Origin: Octopus bimaculoides
Taxonomy: Eukaryota
Direction: 5' to 3'
Length of the DNA stretch: 64,000 nt
NCBI RefSeq assembly: GCF_001194135.2
Contig: NC_068981.1
Coordinates: forward strand, 65,526,522 to 65,590,521
Shown: piece by piece, positions 14,170 through 27,268 of the stretch
How positions within the stretch are numbered: position 1 is the stretch's first letter
Layout of the letters: each line of letters begins with the position of its first letter
Program-made: the position numbers and the translations under genes
The notes under the pieces: model-generated
The model's database searches: none
What the model was told of the DNA's origin: nothing
Seen by the model: only the letters and a program-made list of their open reading frames with translations

Positions 14170-14810
14170 TAAAGAACAGGGCTATCCCAGCTGAAAAGGA
14201 GAAAAGAGATGGTGAACATGTATCCTCAAGGCACTCGGTGAATATTAGAGAGAATAAAGAGAGAGGAACAGAAAATGTGGGTGAGAGGTAAGTTCAGAAG
14301 AGTGTGAAATGGAGATGAAGATCAAGGTAGACACGGTGAATGGGGCATACAAATGGAGGCACAATTAATGGTTACTGTCAGTTTGGAGTGGGAAGTGAAG
14401 GAAATAGGAGTGAATCAGGAAGGAAATTGAAATGAATCAATAGTGAACCAAGAGGCAAAAGTGGAAGTGCTAAGAGACTGTGATAGGGAGATGATGTGAA
14501 GCATAGGATAAATGATATAATTAACAGAGTAGTGCCATTATTAGAAGTGGTTGGAAGAATGGATATTAAAAGAGGAGTTACAAGGGGAAAGCTTCACAGG
14601 AGCTAATTTTTACTGGGTCTTTTTAAGCATAGCACATCACCAATCATCTTGGTCCCTTGTCATCTCCTTTGTAAGGCTTGTGGTCAGATTCCACTACTTC
14701 ATCCCATCTCCTCATAGGTCTCCCTCTTCCATTGGTTCCATCCATGTTCAGAGACAGGCACTGCTTTATGCTGCTGTCCTCATCCATTTTCATTGCATGA
14801 CCATACTAAC
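14170..14810 (-). mobile_element. Composite old LINE remnants (L2/CR1-like 3' end plus an RTE 3' fragment)
   Basis: 14640-14810 reads GRGRPMRRWDEVVE on the minus strand (RTE C-terminus). 14170-14640 is a purine-rich degraded L2/CR1-like 3' region. Confidence 0.4.
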
Positions 14811-14938
14811 ACAACCTTTTCTCTTTGCACACCACATATATTTACAGGTACAGTCTCTCTTTCTCTCTTCACTCTCTTATATATATATATATATATATAT
14901 ACATGCACATACACTTGTGTGTGTGTATATTTACAGTT

Positions 14939-14971
<33 letters not shown>

Positions 14972-17810
14972 NNNNNNNNNNNNNNNNNNNNNNNNNNNNN
15001 NNNNNNNNNNNNNNNNNNNNNNNNNNNNNNNNNNNNNNNNNNNNNNNNNNNNNNNNNNNNNNNNNNNNNNNNNNNNNNNNNNNNNNNNNNNNNNNNNNNN
15101 NNNNNNNNNNNNNNNNNNNNNNNNNNNNNNNNNNNNNNNNNNNNNNNNNNNNNNNNNNNNNNNNNNNNNNNNNNNNNNNNNNNNNNNNNNNNNNNNNNNN
15201 NNNNNNNNNNNNNNNNNNNNNNNNNNNNNNNNNNNNNNNNNNNNNNNNNNNNNNNNNNNNNNATATATATATATATATATATATATAATACAAATAATAT
15301 ATGAGTATATGCATATATATGTACATACCCACATCTACATGTATATATAGATGCATATCTGGGTACAGGATGCTGCAAAAAAAAAACGTGGACAAAATGA
15401 TAGACCGAATACAGAAAACACACAGGCCACATATAAAACATTTCCTTCATCAGCTGCCACCATTCTAAAAAGCGTTTGTGTGTGCATATATATCAACTGT
15501 ATCTATAATTCAAAAGTCCAGTGCCAGGCTTGTCACACATTGGCTGTGGGTGTGTGTCTGAGGAGTCTGCTAAGGATTCATATCTGGAATATTCTGCTAT
15601 GTACACTGTGATTGAATGGGTGTGTGGTTGCATTGATCAGGCAGCTGGACCACTCCTGATTGAGAAGTGTGGTGGACGATCCATTTAGTCATTCTCACAT
15701 GTGTCTCTGCTTTCACTCTTTGTCTACTGCTAACTCAACTAGTACCACATGATTTCATCTTTTTTACTAACAGTCATTGCTGTTGACAAATCTGTTTTTC
15801 CCTGCTACTGAATACCAATAAATGATGGCACTACTAAGAACAGGAAAAAGAATTGATTGATTTCATTGGTGGGGGGGGGGGCAGTGAGAGAGGGAGGGAG
15901 GGAGGCAGAAGATTGGGAGTGTAACAGGATAAGTGATTGTGCCTTGAGAGGAGTGAAGAAGAGGAGAGCAGAGGAGGGATGATGAGGTGGGTGAGAAGGG
16001 TGTAGGAGCTGAGGAAGATAGTATGTGTGTGTGTGTTAGGGACAGAGATAGTAAGAGAAAGGCAAAGTGAGAAAACAGTGAGGGAAATTTTGGAAGAGAG
16101 AGGGAAGTTGTGTGTGTATGTATGAGAGAGAGAGAGAGAGACCTGAAATGGGAAAACGAGAGAAACAGGATGTCAGGAGAATTTTGAAATAAAAGGGGAT
16201 GTGTGTGTGTTAGAGAGTAAGAGAGAGAGAAGAAATGAAATAAGATAGAAAGGAGTATAACAGGTTAGGATAAGTGAGAGATAGAAAGGGAAAATGAGTG
16301 AGTGAGAAAAATATCTTTGTTTTTTGGGGTCTTTTTTTTTTTATTCTGAAACCAGTTGCTATTTTGTTTTTAGTTTCCTTTGAAATTCGTACAGGTTTTC
16401 TGCTTTTCCTCATCTTTGTTTATTCTCAATTTTTACTACTACTACTATTGCTACTAACACCAACTGCTTGGAGCAAACTATTGAGCCTGTACACCAAAGG
16501 TGGCAAACCACTTACCCACAGGCAAAATTTCAGCCACATTCAAATTTGAAACCACTCACTGACATAGCCTCCGAAAATCCATATGAAAAAGTGTGTAAAC
16601 CCAAGAATTAATCTAGTTTTAATTAACAGAACTATTGTATTTCTAAAATTAATGATGCACCTCTCCAGGTTCTTATTACTCTTACAATTTGCCTCTGGTC
16701 CTAAAAGCTACAGAAAGACTTGTAAGACAAAAACATACACANNNNNNNNNNNNNNNNNNNNNNNNNNNNNNNNNNNNNNNNNNNNNNNNNNNNNNNNNNN
16801 NNNNNNNNNNNNNNNNNNNNNNNNNNNNNNNNNNNATATATATATATATATATACAAGCCAGTACATACACGTGGAGTCACAATCCACATATTATATACA
16901 TTAGCATGTCCTTGCATATACTATTTCTACATAAATGCACACATTCTTGTATGTTCTGTATTCTGTGTGATAACAGATATGTCAGCTCACCGCTTTCGCA
17001 GTGTTGTACATTAATTCATGTGTAAATGAAATTGTTAAACAAACACATATGTACGAACAATTCTGTTTCTCATCTCTTTTCTTTCTACACAAACACACAC
17101 ACACACACACACACACGTGCACACACCTTAATTTATGCATAAATATATACTGGTATTTGCTTCACAAATTTTACATTTACTTTGTTTACTGAATGAATAA
17201 ACACACACACACACACACACACACATACATAAACATCTGTGCACATGCACACTCTGTTTTTTTAGTTTCTAGATGAGTGTATGTATGTGCTATATACATG
17301 TGTATTTTTGTGTTTGTTTGTGTGTAGTTGTAGGTAGATAAATAGATAGATAGATAGATAGATAAAGAATATATTAGATCCTAGATAGATAAATAGATAC
17401 ATGGATAGATAGATAGATAGAGAGATAGATAACTAGGTAGGTAGATAAAAAATAGATATATTGTTTACTACATGAACAAATTCACACCCACACTCTCTCT
17501 CACTTTCTCTTTATGCCTCTCACACAAACACACACTTATATACAAATTCATGTGCTTAACTTTTTACATAAATACACGTACACATACATATACAGTCACA
17601 TACTTTCACTCTCTGTTTTTCTCACACATACACACAATTTGCTCATATCTCCAGTATACTTCCATAACACGCAACTAATGTTAAGTGATTACTCAGACAC
17701 ACAGACACAGTTTGTGATGTTTGAGTGCGTGTGAGTGTTTACTGTAAGCAGTTAATTTCTTGTTTAAGGCTATCTATAACTATGCACATAGTATTCTGTG
17801 CATGTGTGTG

Positions 17811-17852
<42 letters not shown>

Positions 17853-18277
17853 TGTGTGTGTAGGTGGTATCTGTTCTCTAATACATAGATATACACATAT
17901 GTATCTTGGTTTCAAAATAGGTACATTGTTTCCTTGCATGTTGTTGGAGATGGCTAAAGAGGTTGGCATTAGGAAGAGCAATTTGCTATAAAACTGCCTC
18001 AAAAAGTCTTACCCATACCATACTAACATGGAAAAGGCAGGAATAAATGCAGTCATCATGTATAGTTAAAAACATGGCTGTCTAGTTATGAAGTTCATAT
18101 TGTTGTCTGATGGTTTTGGGTTCAGTTCCACTGCATGACATCCTGTGTATGTTATATACTACAATAGCCTCAAGTTGACCAATATCTTGTGAGTGTAATT
18201 GATAGAAGGGAAACTACAGTGAAGCCCATCACATATAAATCATCATATATACATACACGTGTGTGTGTATTATTATT

Positions 18278-18427
18278 AAGATGGTGAACTGGCAGAATCG
18301 TTAGCACGCCAGGCAAAATGCTTAGTGGTATTTCGTCTGTCACTATGTTCTGAGTTCAATTCCGCTGAGGTCGACTTTGCCTTTCATCCTTTCAGGGTCG
18401 ATAAATAAAGTGCCTTCAGTAGAAAGG

Positions 18428-18459
<32 letters not shown>

Positions 18460-18754
18460 GGTGGCGAGCTTAATATTTCAAAATTTCAGGCCCTGTGCCT
18501 ATAGTAGAAAGGGTTATTATAATAATAATTATTATTATTAAGGCAGCAAGCTGGCAGAATAGTTAGCACACTGGACAACATGCTTAGCAGTTTTTCGCCT
18601 GTCACTACATTCTGAGATCAAATTCCATTGAGGTTGACTTTGCCTTTCATCCTTTTAGGGTTAGTAAAATAAGTACCAGTTGAGCCCTGGGGGTCGATGT
18701 AATCAACTATCCCTCTCCCATAAAATTTCAGGCCTTGTGCCTATAGTAGAAAGG

Positions 18755-18792
<38 letters not shown>

Positions 18793-18912
18793 CATTATTA
18801 TTATTATTATTATTATTATCATTATTATTATTATTATTATTATTATTAACATCTTTTCAAGGCAGTACCCAAACATCGCCACAGTCTAATGACTAAAACA
18901 AGTAAAAGATAA
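18278..18912 (+). repeat. Nin-type SINE tandem array with long (TAT)n tracts
   Basis: Same unit as 34485-37535, with 2-3 copies and a terminal ccagcatggcc...tgactaaaacaagtaaaag-type tail. Confidence 0.75.
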
Positions 18913-20605
18913 AAGATCCCATAAACCTCGAGAGAACAAGGATTTTTTTTCTTTTTTTTTTTCGGTGAGGTGAACGTTGAACCTCAAAACAGATGATAAA
19001 GCTATAAATAAAAGCACGTAAATATTGCCTCTGATATTTTCTGTCCAAGGATTTCTTTAACAGAGTATTTATACTAATATTTATACTTTTAATATCTGCT
19101 TCAAGATCAATTGTTCCAAAATAAAACAAAAAAAGAATTATTACTTGTTCCCTTGAGGTGTATGGGTTCTTATGATGTCAACATATAATTCTTGTTGATC
19201 AGAACAAAGCTTTTAAAATGGATTCAGAAATTCAAAGGATTACTTTGGTCCAATGGTAGAACACCTATCATGTTTACTTGAGTTCCACAAGCAGCCTTTG
19301 GCTTTTTCTGTGCAAGGGTTTTTTTTTTAACCCAGTATTTACATGCTATTATTTATAACCTTATCACTTTATCATCTACTTTAAGATACATTGTTCACAT
19401 ATAAAAAAACGTTGAATATTTATTAACACTGTCTGAACAAAAATCAGTGATATTGTTTACTTTCAATAACAAAAAATAATTAAGTCTTCCAGGAGACATA
19501 TACAGAATTAATGAAATGAAAAATACCATATTTGGAAAACAACTGGGGTTTGGCAACAGCATGAGCATCCAGTCATAGAAAATTAATTTAATAAGTTTTA
19601 TGTATGTAACCCATATTAAGTCAATGAATTTTCTGTCTCTGAAGAAGAAGCTTCAATTTGGGGATGAAGTTTGTATAACGTTATGTATCTGAAATTGATG
19701 AAAAATTGTTTATGATTACAAAATCTAATATTGTCACAACTTTAATGTTTTTCTTGTGTGTTGCTAAATTCAGAAGCGGGGTGTTATAGAAATCCATTTC
19801 TGAAATGTTTAGTGATTTTTGTCAATTTGTTGTTGAAAGAGATTAGATCATCATGTTCCCATTTATGGATGTTTTTGAAGGGACCCATTCATGGAAGCTT
19901 TGTAAGTCAGGCATGACTACTTGTCAAGATTGCATGTAAATGATGCTATATGTGCAACGTTAAGGAAGTGTGAAGTGTAGCATTATCAGCAAATGAATGT
20001 TTATGATTAGAAAACTGCAAAAAGATTAACACACAGAAGAAAGAAAGCATGGCATGAAACTGAATTTTGGTGGTGCAAGAGAGTTGACAATGTAGGTCAA
20101 GACACTCTTGTGGGATATGCATGAAAGGCAAATGGAAATCATATCGGGGTTAAAACAATTGCCCATTGGTAGAGTTATTGTCAATAATAAAAGACCACTT
20201 TTGTTTGTTTTATAATTATGTTTTATTACAAACTGCTACAACCTTATTCATACTCTACTGCTCTACACTATCAATGATGTGGCTTTCTGGTAAATCCAAC
20301 AGGTACAATTTTTTAAAATTTACACATAGATAAGTTTTCTAATTTTTTGTGTTGTGAGTAGTTAGAGGAAAAGGGAATAGGGACAACTAGTAGAGGGTCC
20401 AAGTGTGCTCACAGGCGATGTCATGAATGACGCCTTCCATACCACCCCAGACATAAGACTTAGAGAAAGATAATGACCTTTAATTTTCAAGTATGAAAAC
20501 AGTTTGTATACCCAAAACGCTGTACAATCCTAGTTTACCTACAATAATTTATCTCATATATCTATTTTGAATATTTTTACCCTTGCTACTTCAATTCCAT
20601 AAAAT

Positions 20606-20800
20606 TTAAGTAACTTCCCTGCCATTTCTGTTAGATTTTTTAATTTTTTTATTATTATTAGTTATTATTTTGCTTTTATAAGCACATATTTCCAATCCAT
20701 ATCTTCTTGCAGTTGTATCAAGATATGCTGTCAGATTTCTAAGTTCTTCTTCGTTGTGTCCTTTTAAATCAATATCATTGGCAAAACAAAGATTACTCAC
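20606..20800 (-). mobile_element. RTE/BovB-like reverse transcriptase fragment
   Basis: NLCFANDIDL...EEELRNL...LDTTARRYGLEI..YKSK resembles the RTE NLRFADDID...YGMEISAEKTK motif. Confidence 0.6.
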
Positions 20801-20945
20801 TTCTCTCTCTCTCTTATGTTAACATTTCTTTGAAAAAGATTCAAAGACTTCAATCATTACGTATTCAAGAAACACTTTGAAAAGGCTCTCATCTTTTGAA
20901 TCAGTGGTTTCCTGTTAGTTTGCAACATCATAGTGTTTGCTGATG

Positions 20946-20986
<41 letters not shown>

Positions 20987-22012
20987 CTCTGATGCACACT
21001 CTATCAACACTAGTTGCCCCAAGGTTTGGTTTCCTCCTCTGCACATTCATGCACACTCTCCCTCTCAAACACCAACAATCTTCTTGCTGTTACCTCCAAC
21101 AATATGCACTTCTACACACAAGAAACTACTCCTCGCTCCTCACAAACTACCCACATCTATGCATTATCCACATGCAACACAGACTTCTCATGCCAACTCT
21201 TTGTTGAATCCATGAACAGATCTCAGACATATTTTCCGATGTGTTCATGCCAATGTTAGATCCTTTTACTGAATAAATACGCAATAACTGTGCATAAAAA
21301 GTTAACATTATCACACTGCACCCATCTTAAACATAAACAACATGCAAGTAGAAACCACAATGCTTCTACAAATGCCAAACTTCACATCATTGTGGAACTC
21401 TCCTTGTAAACCGACAAACTCAGCATAGCTAAGACTAGCCATTGTCTTCAAGGCCAGAAAATACAAAGCTCAGGAGAGACCATCAATGGAATAACACTCT
21501 CACATCTGAATCGTAACTGCTTTTACACACATACACGCACACACATCCAAAGAAAGGTTATGCACCTGATTAGTGCAAAGTTACCCACTAACCTTCCCCA
21601 ATATCTAGCACTCTCTCCCTCTCTCCCAATCTCTCTCTCTCTTTCTCTCTCTCATTGCCCATATTGTATCTAACCCACAACCATCCCACAGAGCCCACAC
21701 TCATCACTATACCCAGTTTTTCCCTGTTTAGAATGTGACCCTTTAAAATTTCATCCTGATACTGCTTCCCAACCACACACTTTCAAGTTCACTCCCACTG
21801 CATGGCACCTTGGGCAAGTGTCTTGTACTATAGCTTCAGGTCAACCAAATCGTTGTGAGTAGATTTGGTAGACAGAAACTAAAAAAAGCCTGTCCTATAT
21901 ATATATATATATCATCATCATCATCATCATCATCGTTTAACGTCCGCTTTCCATGCTAGCATGGGTTGGACGACTTGACTGAGGACTGGTGAAACCGGAT
22001 GGCAACACCAGG

Positions 22013-22210
22013 CTTGGGAGAATTTATGAAAAAAAACAACAGACGAAGACAGGTGGTGTAAACAACAAATGGATGTATTAGTTTAATGCTCAGGAATAGA
22101 GAAAGTCTTTGACGTTTCGAGCTACGCTCTTCAACTGAAAGGAACACAGAAAGAAATAAGGAGAGAAACAAGGAGAAAAAAAATATAAATGTAGTGGTCA
22201 GCGATCTATA
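22013..22210 (-). mobile_element. Penelope-like terminal fragment carrying a second, degenerate hammerhead motif
   Basis: Minus strand 22141-22107 reads CUUU-CAGUUGA-A-GAGC(GUA)GCUC-GAAAC-GUC-AAAG. Confidence 0.5.
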
Positions 22211-22289
22211 TACACGTGTATGTGTGTGTGTGTTTTATAAGTTTATTACCTTGCATCAGCATATACCCAAAAAAAGAAAAGAGAACAAA

Positions 22290-22700
22290 TTTCTTTTTAA
22301 ATAGTATAAAAGGATTTGATTTTCTTTTGTCTTTTCTTTGTGCCTGAGCCTATAATGGCTGAGTGTATTTTCAACTTGTCCTCTGACTTGTGTCACTCTC
22401 TCTACATTCAAATTTGCTTCTTTTATTTCCTCCAGCTTCAAAAATGTTTTTTAAATGGCATTATGTTCTTCAGTTGAGAATTCCTTCATTCACATCTCAG
22501 CTTATCTGCTGATTTGGTCATCAATCTCATCATTTACACCTGGCTAATCTAACCTTAAAAGGTCTTCTTCATTGTGGCTCATGTCATGAGAGACAATTCT
22601 TTCACATTTTTGTCATTTATTCTAGATACTCCCAAGCGTAAACCAAGTTGAGCAATTTCTATTACAGTCCTTGTAACTACAAATTTATAAAGCATATTTT
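22290..22700 (-). mobile_element. Tigger/pogo transposase C-terminal remnant
   Basis: Minus strand reads IEIAQLGLRLG...NVKEL...HNEEDLL, then ANLNVERVTQVRGQVENTLSHYRLRHKEKTKENQILLYYLK. This resembles the Tigger C-terminus (DPNVER...Y..KKKQ). Confidence 0.55.
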
Positions 22701-22867
22701 TTACCATGAGAAATTAGATTTTTCTAAACAGCTCTCATATTTCTTAACATTTGTCAATAGACTTAAACTTTGAGTAAGAGACCTTCAATGTTGCTATTGT
22801 TGTAGTTATTGCTGTTGTTGTTGTTCTTTTTCTTCTTCTTCTTCTTCTTCTTCTTATTATTATTAGT

Positions 22868-23059
22868 TGTCAGCACGTCGGGTGAAATGCTTAGCAGTAT
22901 TTTGTCTGCTGCTATGTTCTGAGTTCAAATTCTGCTGAGGTCGACTTTGCCTATCATTCTTTCGGGGTTGATAAATGAAGTACCAGTGAAACACTGGGGT
23001 CAATGCAATTGACTAGTCCCCTCCCACCAAATTTCAGGCCTTGTGCCTCCAGAAGAACA

Positions 23060-23090
<31 letters not shown>

Positions 23091-23770
23091 TATTAAGAAG
23101 GTGGCAAGCTAATAGAATCATTAGCATGCTGGGCAAAATGCTTAGCGATCTTTTGTCCGTCTTTGGTCTAAGTTCAAATTTCAGGTTTTGTTCCTATAGT
23201 AGAAAGGATTATTATTGAGTGAGAGAGCAATCCATGCCCTCAAAGTGACACTGGGGTAAAATATACGAAGCCCAGTATACCCATCATGACTACCCGTCAG
23301 ATAAGGGTACACCAAGCATATGCATCACAACCACATGTGCATGACATGGTAAACCTATATCAAGATACACAGCACATGACCTTGCAGGTGGGGCCCAGTT
23401 AGAATTTTCTTCAGACCAAGTAGCCCATATCACTCAAAAAGTCCCTTAATAAGGGATGTTTAAGAATGTTGAATGAAACCCCCATGTTTCCAAAGGTGAA
23501 TTATTCAAACCCCAAAGAATTCCTCTCAACACATGGTTATGATGCTCCCCCATTATTTCTGCACATGATCAGAGATGCATATATCATCGATTAGCTAGGG
23601 GCATGCTCAACTGGTTACGGTCATGCAATTAACCAGCAAATCTGTGGTATTGAGCAGAATATTTGCTGTAGCCTATCTTTTATACCAAGACAAAACAATG
23701 TACATAATAACACTTCCAATCAGTTAAGATCAGAAGCCATGAGAGCCAATGCCTGCTACTGCATCAGGGA

Positions 23771-23815
<45 letters not shown>

Positions 23816-24000
23816 CATCATTATTATTAAGGAAAGCTGGCAGATCCGTTACAATGCTAAACAAAATGCTTAATGACATCTCTTCTGGTTCTTTACTTTC
23901 TGAGTTCAGATTCCACCAAGATTGACTTTGTGTTTCATCTTTACTGATTTGGTAAAATAAGTACCAGTTAAGCACTGAGGTCAATGTTATTGACAAACTT
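22868..24000 (+). repeat. Nin-type SINE units interrupted by a separate element of about 550 bp (23217-23769)
   Basis: SINE cores lie at 22868-23216 and 23828-24000. The intervening non-SINE sequence is bounded by (TTA)n on both sides. Confidence 0.6.
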
Positions 24001-24229
24001 CCTTATGCCTTTTTCAAGTTTATTGACAATGTAAAAAGTAGCAGATATCAAATTGCTTATTCAAGACACCTTATAAGGTTTTCATTCACAAGAAAAAAAT
24101 CATGTCTCACCAAAAACATACATAAATAATCAAAATTCTATATAACATATATAAAAGAATGAAAACAGATAATGTCTAGTACAATAACTTTTATTGAGAA
24201 TACTGAAATAGTATAAGATAAATCAAGGC

Positions 24230-25450
24230 AATATCTCATACAGGTCAAGATAATGTATTTTGGAAGCCATTTTAGATAATGGAATTTGCTTCACTAATAA
24301 GAAACCTTTGCTGTGTTGAAGTTCAGATAAACACACATGGATTATGCCTTCTACTGAAAAGGAAACGATTTTTGTGTTTATTCTTGAGACTTGTTCAATA
24401 AGAAAAATCTAACTCACACATGTATGAAAATGAAAATTGCCACGATATAATAATAATTGCTTTCCATGAAGAGCAGGATACTCGTTGTTCATGGATGTGT
24501 AAGTAAATCTCATTGTGAGTGCACAATCAGATTGCCTCATGTAAAGTCTTTCCTGTCCTCTTAATGTCAATGATGAGCAGAAGAATCAGAGTATGAATCT
24601 CTCACTCAAACATACGCTTCTTTTGAAAAGGTGGAAAAATAATGTTTGATGTTGAAGAGCTGTTCTTCTGGGTGAGTTTCAAGAAAACTTGGAATTTGCT
24701 GTTGAAACATTTCAAGATTTGTTTTTATGACATAATCATTTCAAATTTTCAGTCTCCTTTTAAAGTCAAAAATTTTCTCCAGGGTCTTGTACTGACTTGT
24801 TCAACTGAGTCATGTGATAAAAACTAAGTAGCCAAGCTTTATAATCAATTTTTTTCTTCAAAGGAAATGGCAAATTCCTGCCTTTTATTTTTTTACAAGT
24901 ATTCTTACAATTCATCTTTCATCTTGTAAACTGCATTAGGAATGCTTCTTCTACTAAAAACCTAGACTTCTGTATGAAGCAGGAGATTTATGTGCTTCTT
25001 GTCACGGTTTTCTCACAGCCTTTTAAACATTCTTAACTGAACTGGTTTTTCTTTCATAAAATTGGCCAGTTTTAAAGCACTATGAAGAAAGATTTTTTCC
25101 AAATTCATTTTCATAATAGTTAGAAATCAATACTGTGAAAAAAGTAAAATATTGAGACAATGTTTGCATATCATTTTGCAACAGAAACAAAATTTCTTAA
25201 GGAGAAATTCATCATTTTGAACATCAATACAGATACTAACACAGTTCTTCCACAAAAGACCTCTTGTTTCCAGATATTCCTATGGTTTGCCCCATGCAAT
25301 TCTTTGCATAAGACAGAAACCATTTTCTTGAATTTCCTTCTCATTGACAAATCCTACAAAATCTACATAACATTTATTGGTTAGATTTTATCAGATTTTG
25401 TCAACTTGGATGGAAGTTTTTCTATTGTTCATTGTCACATAAAAGCTCTC
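24230..25450 (-). mobile_element. Degraded hAT transposase remnant, Buster/Charlie (ZBED5/SCAND3/FAM200-like)
   Basis: Minus-strand translation across stops and frameshifts gives SIQVDK, NKCYVDFVGFVNEKEIQEN, YLETRGLLWKNCVSICID, KHINLLLHTEV and EYPAL...SYMCELDFS...KNKHKNR, in the order expected for this family. TIRs were not identified. Confidence 0.75.
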
Positions 25451-25880
25451 CAATGTCATGTATCATTATCAGCATGCTGAATTATTCTATTATTTGCAAG
25501 TATTTCAGCCCCCTATAATGTTACATGCTATTCAAACCACCTACAGAGTGTGCAAGGTGATTTTTTTTTTTTTTTTTTTGTGGCACCAGCACTATTAGGG
25601 TTGCCTTGTAGCTTGCAAGGTGAAAGAGTGCTCTCTTGACAGAAAGAGTATCCATTAAAAATAATGGAAGAAATATATATTGTTGAGAGAGGATAGTAGT
25701 GGTGATAGTAATAGAGAGAACAGTGTAGGCGAAGGACTGAATAATGGGGAAGACAAAGGGCAGAGGAATGTCTGGCATTAGTGTGAAAGAGAAGCGGTCA
25801 GTGTAATAAGAGTGATGTGGTAGTTGGTTGCGTACAGGAGAAGCTAATGTTGTTTCACTTGATGTGTGTGTGTGTGTGTC

Positions 25881-25943
<63 letters not shown>

Positions 25944-26136
25944 ATAAACACATAACACATACCTATATAAACATAAATATACTTAATGTTTTGAAATTCA
26001 TATGACAGCCTTAAATAATAAGCAGAAAATAATATGGGGAACCTGCATGCCAGAAAGCACAGACAGGACTGACAAGAGAGCTGTATGATCAGTATTTATT
26101 TGCATGTACAATTTGTGAGAGAAGTTTAGTTGGCAT

Positions 26137-26413
26137 TATTTACATTATTTACATTTGACGGATATTTGTCCTCATCTTGTTTGTTGTTAACACAATGTTT
26201 CAGCTGTTATATACCCTCCAGCCTTCATCTTAGGGAAATTTTGAACCTGGGTTCTCATTCCTAAAGTATTTGAAATTTTCCCAAGATACCTGTTGAAGGC
26301 CGGAGGGTGTATCAGCCGAAACAGTGTGTTAACAACAAACAAGATGAGGATAAATATCCGTCAAATGTAAATAATGTTCATAATTCCCCATCTCTTAAAT
26401 ATAGAACTGTATT
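26137..26413. mobile_element. Head-to-head inverted pair of the hammerhead-bearing repeat with a 14-bp TSD (Penelope pseudo-LTR-like)
   Basis: The left arm (about 26141-26240) is the reverse complement of the right arm (about 26273-26377). The element is flanked by agtttagttggcat (26123-26136) and agtttagttgacat (26414-26427). Confidence 0.7.
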
Positions 26414-26888
26414 AGTTTAGTTGACATCCTGAGGGTGGTTCATAGAACATGAAGAAACATTGATACAAATTCATTTTAATCTTGAAATATTTGAGTTTTT
26501 ATCTGGAAGTTTAATTTCAGCCCTACATTTAATGACTGTCCCAGTACTTGCAAATTTATTTTCATACACTTGTGTGCATATGAAAATTTATTGTATACAT
26601 TTTATATATAATGTACATTTAAACTCTTTCTCCTGGGGCAGTGCAACAAGAACTGGAAAGTGGAGTGCAGACAAATTGCTATGCTTAATAAAATTAACTT
26701 TTAACATTTAAAACTTGTCCACTGACTATGGCAAAGAAGCAAGAATTATATGAGTACAAACTCCAGTTTGTTTTCTCATTAATAGTGGGTAGGGGAAAGC
26801 GACTGCATTTGAAGAGAAGTTTAGAATGATAAACAAACAGTCCCTTAAAAGATTTGTTGGCTAAAAATAAAACATTTATATACTAAAT

Positions 26889-26923
<35 letters not shown>

Positions 26924-26924
26924 A

Positions 26925-26983
<59 letters not shown>

Positions 26984-27268
26984 AAGTACTGTTGAATTAA
27001 GAACAGAATCCTTTTTGTCAGTGAACTCAAGACAGGATCATTTCTATGAAATTCCCCCCACCCCACCTCTAACTTTTCACAAATGAAAAATAATCCAACT
27101 GGTGTTTTTCAAATCAGTTTGGTTGTTTTAAGTTTTTATAGAAAAGGCTTAAGTTAAAGTAACAAACAGAAGGTACCCAAGAGGAAAATTAGTAACAATA
27201 ACAAAAAAAAAAGTATTTAAATTCACTTACTTGCTTGCTACTGCACTTTTGAGGGCAACAGAACAATA

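Noticed and set aside
12150-17014. Long ORFs in the track spanning N runs (also near 39 kb and 57 kb)
   Set aside because: They are artefacts of gaps and microsatellites.
19240-19320. Frame reading DYFGPMVEH, reminiscent of the SOCS WYWGPM motif
   Set aside because: There is an in-frame stop just upstream, no following GSFLVRDS motif and no good splice sites.
19780-20150. SFADNATLH on the minus strand and a possible L2/CR1 RT remnant (similar weak signal at 21050-21600)
   Set aside because: Only a single degenerate motif is present. It is plausible but not supportable as a bounded feature.
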